Source: Bugula neritina (Eukaryota > Animalia > Bryozoa). Taken from it: a stretch of DNA of 64,000 nucleotides. Shown one piece after another: positions 25,001-32,849 of the stretch. Every line of letters begins with the position of its first letter. Positions within the stretch are counted from its first letter, which is position 1. The notes below the pieces were generated by a model, which was not told the origin of the DNA, ran no database searches, and saw only the letters and a program-made list of their open reading frames with translations. The position numbers were made by a program, and so were the translations under genes. The stretch lies in contig OZ037768.1 in assembly GCA_964035545.1 (NCBI GenBank), forward strand, positions 4,558,741 to 4,622,740. Reading direction: 5' to 3'.

Positions 25001-28000
25001 CTGTCCTTTAGGGCAGTGCCTTCTCACATGACCTTGCATCCTGCACTCCCAACAGGTGGGCAGAGACGGGCGGACAGGGTCGTCCCGCGATCGGGGAGCC
25101 CGCCTGTCCGTCTGGTTGCGCTGCAACTCCGACACCGTAGCCTGCAGGCCTTTCATCATGTTCATCAACATGGTGAGCTGCGTCTGCTCGGGTGATGGAG
25201 TTACTGCTGCCGCCACCTGTGGGGTTGGAGATGGGGGTGCCTCTTCTTCGTCTTTGGCCACCTGTCGAGCTGTGTAGCTTGCCTTCTGAGGCTCTTCTAC
25301 TTGGAAGTAAGCCTTCCCCATCTTCAGCGCTTCTTCTATACTGCTGACCTTGGCGGCCAGCCAGTATCGCTGCAGGTCCGGGTGGTTCACGCTCCGGAAG
25401 AACGCGTTATAAACGAGGTGCTTCCGGTCGTCGCCAGTGGCGTGACCGAAAGCAGCCTGAGCCAGGCGCTCTACCTCGTTAGCGTGATCTTCCAGATGTG
25501 TTCTTTGGTCTCTCCTCATCACTTGTAGTTGGTCTGCCGCCTCTTCAGCCGTCAGACCGAACCGGGCCCTGAGAGCCCGCATGATGTGCTCTTCATCAGG
25601 CCCAAGAGCGAAGCTCTTGGCCCGGCCTGTCAGACAGGCCCGAAGTTGGAGGATGCGCACCCGTACTGGCCATTCAGCGATGGTGGCCACATCCTGGAAC
25701 TCCCTGATGAATTGCTCTACGTCTCCTTCTCCTCCGAAATTCGGGGGCTGGAGGCGATACCTGTCACCAGGTGATGCCTGTCCTTGCCCCCGCAATTCCT
25801 GGAGGGCTGTGACCAACGCCTCAACAGTGAGGGTTGGTGTCTCCGCTGCCTCAGGGGCTGGGTCCCCTGGGGCCATCTTCTTTCTTCCAGCAACTAGCTA
25901 TTCGTATAATCCCACCGCTGCCACCAATGTAGTAAACTGTGGGTTATGAATGCAACTAGTGCTTGAACATACTCTTTGCGTTAGAGAGAATAAGCCAAGT
26001 ATTTGAATACGAATGAAGGATAAACTTTATTTGCATCAGATACAGCTTATGTGGTCCTACTACCAGCGAGCTCCAGTAGTAGTCTGAATCTACACTGGAA
26101 ACTCGCCTGCTTTTATACACAAGAATTCACATCTAGAATGTTCCAACAGACAAAAGAAAGTTAAGCTTGACAGTAACAAAAGAAAAATAGACAAAGGAGA
26201 ATGAATAATTCAATAGGCCAAGAATTTAGCTATAATAACAACCTATTGAAGGCATTCATAAAAGCTACACAAATTTCCAGTATCAGTATTAATGCAAAAC
26301 GATGAAATAGCAAAAAGGGAAAATAACTCTGGAAATGCGTATTTAATGAAAATTACATTATACTGAAAGCTTAATCACAATAATAAGGCATTAGAAAGCT
26401 AGTGCAACTTAGCTACAATTACAGCATTCAAAATATACGCAACAGTAATTATAATACTGACACACGCAGTTACTTGAAAACAGTAGAGGATGAGAATCTA
26501 TCACACTATGTTAAAAATGTTGGCCAAAATATTATTTTTTATTCCAATGTTGTGTTTTTGTTGCACTGTACATGTTCTAGTAGGTGTAATTTATTGCAAC
26601 TGTATTATGCTATCATTAGATTCATAGTAATTAGCTTAAACTAGGCCAATAGTGGCAAGATTTCTCTAACGACTACGCTTTACTCAGACGAGTTCTCTGT
26701 AGAACAAGTCCACTATGATTAAATTTTTTCGACATAATGTTTTTATTTTCAACTCCAATTATAAACTTTCCTCTCAAATACTGCATGCAGCATATACCAT
26801 ATATTAACATAATAGCTGTTGCCATAATTTATAGAAAAAATTGTCACCAATATGTATTATGCATAGTAAAATATAAGAATAGTGTATAGAATACAATTGT
26901 GAAAGTTACTGAATTCCATTATAATCACGATAGCACTCAAAATCAAACATTTGCTATTTTACAGGTTGCTGATTGGTTTGACAATTACTGGATTTTTGGT
27001 GGTGGTAAGCTTTGGTGAAAATGCTGATAATCAGCTTTCAGAATTTCAAGTGTCATTCGATGGTCCTCCTGGACCACCAGGAGCCCGAATTGTAAAGAGA
27101 GGAGCAGCTGAAGGTAACTCTGAATTTCAAGTGTCATTAGATGGTTCTCCTGGAGCACAAGGAGCCCGATTTGTAAAGAGAGAAGCAGCTGAAGGTAACT
27201 CTGAATTTCAAGTGTCATTCGATGGTCCTCCTGGACCACCAGGAGCCCGAATTGTAAAAAGAGGAGCAGCTGAAGGTAACTCTGAATTTCAAGTGTCATT
27301 CGATGGTCCTCCTGGAGCACCAGGAGCCCAATTTGTAAAGAGAGAAGCAGCTGAAGGTAATTCTGAATTTCAAGTGTCATTCGATGGTCCTCCTGGAGCA
27401 CCAGGAGCCCGATTTGTAAAGAGAGGAGCAGCTGAAGGTAACTCTGAATTTCAAGTGTCATTCGATGGTCCTCCTGGAGCACAAGGAGCCCGATTTGTAA
27501 AGAGAGAAGCAGCTGAAGGTAACTCTGAATTTCAAGTGTCATACGATGGTCCTCCTGGAGCACCAGGAGCCCAATTTGTAAAGAGAGGAGCAGCTGAAGG
27601 TAACTCTGAATTTCAAGTGTCATTCGATGGTCCTCCTGGAGCACCAGGAGCCCAATTTGTAAAGAGAGGAGTAGCTGAAGGTAACTCTGAATTTCAAGTG
27701 TCATTCGATGGTCCTCCTGGAGCACAAGGAGCCCGATTTGTAAAGAGAGGAGCAGCTGAAGGTAACTCTGAATTTCAAGTGTCATTCGATGGTCCTCCTG
27801 GAGCACCAGGAGCCCAATTTGTAAAGAGAGGAGCAGCTGAAGGTAACTCTGAATTTCAAGTGTCATACGATGGTCCTCCTGGAGCACAAGGAGCCCGATT
27901 TGTAAAGAGAGAAGCAGCTGAAGGTAACTCTGAATTTCAAGTGTCATTCGATGGTCCTCCTGGAGCACCAGGAGCCTGATTTGTAAAGAGAGGAGCATCT

Positions 28001-28147
28001 GAAGGTAACTCTAAATTTCAAGTGTCATTCGATGGTCCTCCTGGAGCACCAGGAGCCCAATTTGTAAAGAGAGGAGCAGCTGAAGGTAACTCTGAATTTC
28101 AAGTGTCATTCGACGGTCCTCCTGGACCACCAGGAAGAAATAATTGA
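19016..28147 (+). CDS. Secreted multi-copy peptide precursor (signal peptide + 14 KR-delimited repeats); predicted exon 1 CDS 19016-19020, exon 2 26965-28147 with in-frame TGA at 27977-27979
   Basis: Exon 2 starts at a phase-2 acceptor ttttacag|G TTG CTG; the TTG start in the ORF track is intronic. The best phase-2 ATG+donor found is ATG AG|gtaaat at 19016-19026, giving MRLLIGLTITGFLVVVSFG-ENADN (typical signal peptide). Repeats are (G/E)AAEGNSEFQVSFDGPPGAPGA(R/Q)FV-KR. The frame continues past the TGA to ...GPPGPPGRNN* at 28147; AATAAA at 28527. Exon 1 is inferred. Confidence 0.75.
19133..19710 (-). repeat. 3' LTR (578 bp)
   Basis: No differences from 25928-26505 seen by eye; minus-strand TATAAAA (~19316-22) and AATAAA (19231-36). 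Confidence 0.97.
19711..19720 (-). other. Polypurine tract (GGGGGGAGAA)
   Basis: Immediately precedes the 3' LTR on the minus strand. Confidence 0.9.
19896..24995 (-). CDS. pol: Gypsy Pol (protease, RT, RNase H, integrase, long C-terminal extension), probably expressed as Gag-Pol by -1 frameshift
   Basis: LLDTGC protease, YLDD RT, DAS..RKELLA..TDH RNase H, H-H-C-C zinc finger, DDE core, KFVGPY motif. The frame stays open upstream of ATG 24824 through the slippery site at 24989-24995. Confidence 0.97.
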   Translation of the reverse strand, partial: FKHPRPTVTSATRGPHANPVRDRTRRVTEETSTESAGTEWQRPRRPRRPKGLPDPPAMPLETRMELEETGWQAPRRSRRPQGLPDPPAWPLRNRFAGLPEKVVEEDSAYSQEYPKLPSRPQKTPVVSKTKRRPAVRTQVVSPPETDRSRSTQPYGSSYFLPGKISGKAATFLLDTGCTTNLLSRRLFDTLGARERASLEPYEGAHGTLADGSCIPFYGVISLPGRVRDQAIHETFIVSQLKEDAILGMPFLEKHQCHMDFQKSVVVMAGKELVCVDKFGRPLVGGVQVVRDCTVPGRSQATLRCRVNCKGIAGLGMVEGTHGAIRLANSLNRLDCRQELLVQCINPFTEPVQLSAGALVGKYHSIQEADVGPALETVADNQGNPPHTRREAVPEHLADLYGGACGNCTSSTERQVLAQLLAEYSDVFSRGDRDMGLTKVISHEIPLAADTTPIRQPTRRLGPEKEKEVSRQVQDLLDRDLIEPAHGAWSSPVVLVKKKDGSWRFCVDYRRLNNATIQDAYPLPRIDESLDALAGSKYFSTLDLLSGYWQVPLSPDAQDKAAFITRDGLWKWKVLPFGLTSAPATFQRLMEQVLSGLHWKTLLIYLDDVIVISPDFSTHVSRLREVFDRLRAAGLKLKPSKCALLQPEVTYLGHVVGRDGVATDPEKVQAVKEWTVPRDLPELRAFLGLVGYYRQYIPGFAGVAQPLNRLTAKGVRWQWTQEEQQAFDHLKQRLMEAPILAYPDPAKEYILDTDASDHSVGAVLSQVQGGSEVVVAYYSKTLAAAEKNYCTTRKELLAVVKAVKHFRPYLYGKSFRLRTDHASLIWLCKRAEPSSQVARWLEILAEFSYRIEHRAGRKHGNADGMSRRPVEDCKQCLHIEQRDGGPARLDVETELVEGTAYRWEHGHLRTETHQDGVQALHANPTLHQNVKELCRLQETLPGAVADIFRAKKEGRRPSEEQQRQGDVEFQLLCRRWDALKVSPDGLLMITLAADNRQQKRDRVVCPRALRRELIWDTHKQAHAGVSRVIRCLRLRWYWPGMTRDVRLRVRQCEVCQASKHGRPTETTGRRRLYAGRPWQVVAVDLVGPMPLSARGNTWILVLTDHFTRWADALAIPDATAPTVARTLDQHVFCYLGLPEQIHTDQGAQFQSQLMGDLCRIWGVNQSRTTPYHPQGNGVVERNNRMLGDALRSLLLGRGQEEWDVVLPQIMRAYRSTPHSATQETPNFLMLGRETRVPEHLTYHVPAPESPVHEYVEGLMDIMGKAHDALRTQQWQTRTEDSEEPPLYQVGDWVWMVSYRRRRGQSAKLQPKFVGPYCVVEVLPNHTYRVERSGQVSVQSEQRLKPYHASPDAVGQAPPLLEPHRQPNRRGRATQPREVEIMVPREADQEQAALIEQLERQQREEREQEQRQALGPPPSLGEDTPTPVLGEGGDPPTRVAQEPPTPPVPVPIERSQRSRRPPRYLADYAVGHLEWPPHEDNPPSTDDHPILAGNSLHHPGEFHQEEDFTQLARELQLTLNCNPETPKYNLNTVIQTLASAMGVTSPDTQTEERKDTEEASRSDSPPPPAPVSAPRSQQYDTPSSEVCSASVSGPDPEPVELQLTAGEEQGTLYGDHLAGRDEEDSPILAMPRALVARQYWISGAPGNQIEEQTQPTHPQLPRHRQSMALPYRECVLDSAIEAWSHILDPSTEEIESLVHHL
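24951..24995 (-). promoter_or_regulatory. Programmed -1 ribosomal frameshift signal (U UUA AAC + 10-bp stem-loop)
   Basis: TTTAAAC in the correct gag phase (CCT TTA AAC), 5-nt spacer, stem AGGCCCACGG/CCGTGGGCCT with a 13-nt loop; pol is in the -1 frame. Confidence 0.88.
24971..25876 (-). CDS. gag: Gypsy Gag (301 aa) with CCHC zinc knuckle
   Basis: Starts ~30 bp after the PBS; CWECRMQGHVRRHC = CX2CX4HX4C. Confidence 0.95.
   Translation of the reverse strand: MAPGDPAPEAAETPTLTVEALVTALQELRGQGQASPGDRYRLQPPNFGGEGDVEQFIREFQDVATIAEWPVRVRILQLRACLTGRAKSFALGPDEEHIMRALRARFGLTAEEAADQLQVMRRDQRTHLEDHANEVERLAQAAFGHATGDDRKHLVYNAFFRSVNHPDLQRYWLAAKVSSIEEALKMGKAYFQVEEPQKASYTARQVAKDEEEAPPSPTPQVAAAVTPSPEQTQLTMLMNMMKGLQATVSELQRNQTDRRAPRSRDDPVRPSLPTCWECRMQGHVRRHCPKGQRPLNTQGPR
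25909..25926 (-). other. Primer binding site complementary to the tRNA-Leu 3' end
   Basis: TGGTGGCAGCGGTGGGAT one base after the 5' LTR; its complement ATCCCACCGCTGCCACCA matches the metazoan tRNA-Leu(AAG/UAG) 3' end as recalled. Confidence 0.88.
25928..26505 (-). repeat. 5' LTR (578 bp)
   Basis: Direct repeat of 19133-19710, followed by the PBS. Confidence 0.97.
27038..28135 (+). repeat. 81-bp coding tandem repeat, ~13.5 units (14 peptide cores)
   Basis: Seen directly; no indels between units. Confidence 0.97.
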
Positions 28148-28600
28148 TGGGTTTGAAAAAAATTATAATTGGGGTTGTTAACATACTTGTAGACATTAGA
28201 GTATGTTATCATATATAAAATTTATTATAATATAATTTATCCATTATTAAGTGAGAAGTTTAAACTAATTTGCTAGAGGCAGACACATATTATGGTCGCT
28301 AATGTAACAAATTACATGGCCCAATGTTCATTGTTGATTAATTTTTGTACTCCATGGATACTTATAATGCTTTGGTGTAGGCTAGATAAAGACATTGTAA
28401 ATTTTAAATACATACTTGTGGTATCAGGGTTTTACTTTACATGCGAGAACATAGTTTTCTATGTTGAATTTATAGTCACTGAAAATTCCTATATAATTAA
28501 TGTAATAGACATTTCATTATTAGCCAAATAAACTTCTGTACACTAAAATCAATAACTGTTGTGGTGGTTACATGATGAGATGCTTTTAACTTGTTGCTAT

Positions 28601-28685
28601 CAGCAACTCATCTAGCAACTTATCTAGCAACTAGCAACTCATTCAGCAAGTCATCTAGCAACTCATCTAACAACTCATATATCAC
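28601..28685. repeat. 12-bp degenerate tandem repeat (AGCAACTCATCT)
   Basis: Seen directly. Confidence 0.75.
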
Positions 28686-29274
28686 TCCTTGCCAAATTTA
28701 AATTCTTACAAACCGGTTTGAGATGACAGCACATCAATCTCTCAACAACCATTGAAAGGATATCTTGAATTCATTTAGATGATTATATCCAATATCTACT
28801 AGTCAGCAGTTATAAGTCACCAGTTGCTAGTCACTATAATTACTATTATTAATAGCTTCAGCCAACTCTTTTTTTGCAACAGCTTTAATTAAATTTGTAA
28901 TAGTGACTGTATAAAATATTAGCAGCTGTCATTGCAAAGCTATTACCATAAAAGAAACTTTCTTTTTTGTAAAACAATGTGGAGATGAACATTTAAAAAC
29001 TTCTTTATATCAAATTGAATCAAACTATTCTTCTATATTAACCCAAATATCATGAACACATATCATGTTGAAATGAAACTCACTAACTCATAATAAAATA
29101 TAGTTTCTGTATAATTATAGTAATTATAAAGTCCTTTTTATGCATTTTATTTTGATATTACCAATCAACAAAAGCTGTTTGGTTCAAGTGTATTATGTAA
29201 TATTGTAGTGAATTTACGATTCACTATAATTAGTGGGTCTACTTAGGCAAAGCCACTTCACCAGGTTTCTCACA

Positions 29275-32200
29275 AATAGACCATGTAAGATTGGTACATT
29301 TAGTACCTTGAACCAATTCTAGATACTCACCACTATAACTTATATAAACTTCTGCAAGTTCAAATGCAAAATGCATACTTCTAGGAAATAGCTGTGCAAC
29401 TTTTATTACATGCATTATTTTATTTCATATCTTAAATTTATGAATCATGAGTTCATTTTTCAAAATGTTTAAATTAAGTGCTTAAAAAATGCATTTAAAG
29501 AATGTATTCCTGAAAAATTACCCTGGAGCAGTTTGACCACAACCCCAGCTGTTTTGGCAAAACACATTTAATGACATTTTCATCGACATAGTGGTAGATT
29601 GGTTGGTTGTTTTTGGCAGATGAGTAGCACGCTGGCTGGCTGCAACCTTATACAATTCTGATTGGCTGGACTCTACATGACCAGCTAATGATTGTATCTG
29701 ATTGGCCTAATAATTCATTTGCATTTGAAAATGTAGAGTTTTATATAAGTTATAGTGGTGATATTTTAGAGTTGGTACACACCCCTTTTTTGGTTGAGTT
29801 TTATAATCTGATCACGCTGTAGTCATCTACAACACTTCAGTGTATGGGGAAATTATTAGTATTGCGAAATCTGTTTTGGCTTATATTGCTATGCCAGTTT
29901 TCTGACTTGGTTTGTAATAAACCATAGGCAGCTATATAACTTAGGTGATTTCATCGAAGGTAGACACTGTTTAGGTGCAGCGAATCAAACACTGTTGTTA
30001 CTATTGCAAAACAGTAGCAATAGCATAGCACAGTGAGCGAACTGTAATGGCAGTGCTGCACCATATTTATCATCACTAGCATATAGTTACAGCACACTGA
30101 CAAACACATGTATAAGCATGTGCTAAGCATAAATTATAGTTGCTTATGTGCCCACCATTATTTTACTTAAAAAAATTACAACAGTAATTTTTTTGACTTG
30201 GTTGCATATTTATTTGCAGGAGTTAAAATGCACAGCTTTTAGCAACAGAAAACATAGACGATTTATATAAAAATGAGCTTTAACTTGTAGTGCTTGGCAT
30301 GCTAGTCTATACTGTTACTTGGTATCATCACCAATTTGTACATGATTTCCTTAGTGAAACAGCATGTTTATCCCACAAATGCAATGCCATCAGCCATAGG
30401 ACAATATAGTCCAGTTTTTTCAACTATGAAGTAATTTTGTTAGCAGCTTGCTTCATTTTTAAGTGATATTTAACTTGAGCTTCTCAGTCTCAAGTCATTG
30501 TTCGAGGAAATATCTGCACCTAGCTCTGAAGCTATACTAATGAGTTTTCAATACATGTTTTTCCTCACTCAAAGTAATCATCAACCACCATTGAGGCAGG
30601 AAGATGACAAAAACATTCTGAGGGCTAGTATCCAATACCATATGCCAGCCATTAAAACTTCACTATAGTGCTTCCGGAGCACACCTATTTCTACTACATG
30701 GCGATCCTCCTACAGTATTTACTTATTATCTGGCCATGCCACCTGGAAAGAAAGGCCATTCTCAACTGACTAGAATGCAGTAACTCTAAACTAAATTAAT
30801 TGCTATTCTTAGAATCCAGGTTAAAAGAGCAATCAACCCATAAAGGAGTTGATATCCTAAATAGTCCTGGAGGTGTAAGCTTACTGTTTGCACCTCTTTT
30901 AGAAAAGATTATAATAGTCTGCTGTGCTTTCTGCAGCCACCCTTGGTAACCAATAAAGTGTAGCACTTTATAATATTTTTTTTGGTGTGCTATTGTATAT
31001 GCATGTGCTATATCACTATGCTTTGTAAGCTAAAGTCTGATATTAATGGTTTTTGGGTGAAAGAAAATGGCAGCTCAGACTCGATGCTTATTTTGCAAAA
31101 TACAAACTCATATATGGATAATATTCTGTTGGTAACAATGTTGTATGCAGTCAGTGTTGAAATATAATGCCTTCATTACAGTTTTAGTGGGATCAGCGTT
31201 TTCTCTGTAACTATCATGTTGCATCACACAACATGAAAAAATGTTCATCAAATCCAATGTTTAATCATCATATACCAGAGAACCTTTGTATTTTACCCAA
31301 CTGACTAAAACATGTATTGAAAACTCATTAGTAAAATTGTTGATGTTATTGCAGTAGCTTCACAGCTAAGTGTAGGCACTTCATCCAGCAATGGTTTGAG
31401 GCTGATTACTTCACAGTTAAAAGAATCTAGAGTCTAGATTCTAGACTATATTGTCCCACGGCTGATGTCATTACATTTGTGAGATAATCATGCTGTTTCG
31501 CTAAGTAAATCGTATACAAGAAAGGGTTATCAACATGGTATTATAGGTGATGATACCAACTGGCAATATAGACCCACATGCAAGGCATTACATGTTAATA
31601 CTAATTTTTATACAAAATGTCTACACTATCTGTGCAATTAAACTCATGCAGATTAATATGTGATTGATTAAAAAAGCTACTGCTATATAAATTTAAAATA
31701 AAACAGTAGTGAGTACACAAGCAAATAATTTATGGTTAGCGTAGGTTCATGCATTTGTAATATGCATGTGAAGCAATTTTTTAAATTATCACATTAAAGT
31801 AAACTGAAGCGCAAAATAATCAGACTATGAGAATGTATTCAGTAATATGCATTGATTTAAAACTAAATCATGAAATGATTATCATTTTTGCAACCTCTGT
31901 ACTTGGTAGACAAGATAGAGAGGGGTGATGTGACTGCTGTAACTGTGTTACTGCTCTACATACTAACAGACTAGGCTAGTGTATTTAAGTGCCTTACATA
32001 AGATATTTTAATAAAACTGGTGAGTTTAGTGTGGCCACTGCCATTGCAGCTAGGTGACTGTGCTAGTGTGCTATGCTCTCACTACTGCTTTGCAATAAAA
32101 CCAAGTAACAGCACTGGTTGATTTGATGTTCTAAGGTCTAAGTAATGTCTACCTTTGATGAAATCACCTAAGTTAGAACAGCCTGCATATAGTTGATGAA

Positions 32201-32849
32201 AAACTAAGTTAGAAAACTGGCATAGCAATAATTATAAGCCAAAACAGATTTCGCAATACTAATAATTTCCCCATACACTGAAGTGTTGTAAATGACTACA
32301 GCGTGATCAGATTATAAAACTCAACCAAAAAAGGGGTGTGTACCAACTCTAAAATATCACCACTATAACTTATATAAAACTCTACATTTTCAAATGCAAA
32401 TGAATTATTAGGCCAATCAGATACAATCATTAGCTGGTCATGTAGAGTCCAGCCAATCAGAATTGTATAAGGTTGCAGCCAGCCAGCGTGCTACTCATCT
32501 GCCAAAAACAACCAACCAATCTACCACTATGTCGATGAAAATGTCATTAAATGTGTTTTGCCAAAACAGCTGGGGTTGTGGTCAAACTGCTCCAGGGTAA
32601 TTTTTCAGGAATACATTCTTTAAATGCATTTTTTAAGCACTTAATTTAAACATTTTGAAAAATGAACTCATGATTCATAAATTTAAGATATGAAATAAAA
32701 TAATGCATGTAATAAAAGTTGCACAGCTATTTCCTAGAAGTATGCATTTTGCATTTGAACTTGCAGAAGTTTATATAAGTTAAAGTGGTGAGTATCTAGA
32801 ATTGGTTCAAGGTACTAAATGTACCAATCTTACATGGTCTATTGAATAG
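29275..32849. mobile_element. Non-autonomous palindromic (foldback) DNA element with ~610-bp near-identical inverted arms
   Basis: 29275-29885 is the reverse complement of 32233-32843 with ~3 differences seen, and weaker inverted similarity continues inward. Termini AATAGACC...GGTCTATT, AATAG direct repeat at both ends, no recognisable ORF. Confidence 0.85.

Larger units (their letters stand above)
19133..26505 (-). mobile_element. Full-length Ty3/Gypsy LTR retrotransposon (7373 bp)
   Basis: Two 578-bp TG...CA LTRs, 4-bp TSD CTAT (19129-32 / 26506-09), PBS, PPT, intact gag and pol with PR-RT-RH-IN order. Confidence 0.98.

Noticed and set aside
19844-25949. Many short overlapping ORFs and a possible env gene in the Gypsy element
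   Set aside because: Alternative-frame by-products of GC-rich gag/pol; only ~175 bp lie between the pol stop and the PPT, leaving no room for env.
27977-27979. Selenocysteine or programmed readthrough at the TGA
   Set aside because: The homologous position is Arg/Gln, not Cys; no readthrough context or obvious SECIS was seen.
26985-27998. 337-aa minus-strand repetitive ORF
   Set aside because: Antisense shadow of the 81-bp repeat; the plus frame carries the signal peptide, KR sites and splice acceptor.
27038-28135. Collagen gene
   Set aside because: Only three Gly-X-Y triplets per unit, interrupted by 18 non-collagen residues and KR; too short for a continuous triple helix.
29900-32200. 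Transposase or recombinase ORF inside the palindrome
   Set aside because: The frames I translated were stop-rich with no convincing motif.
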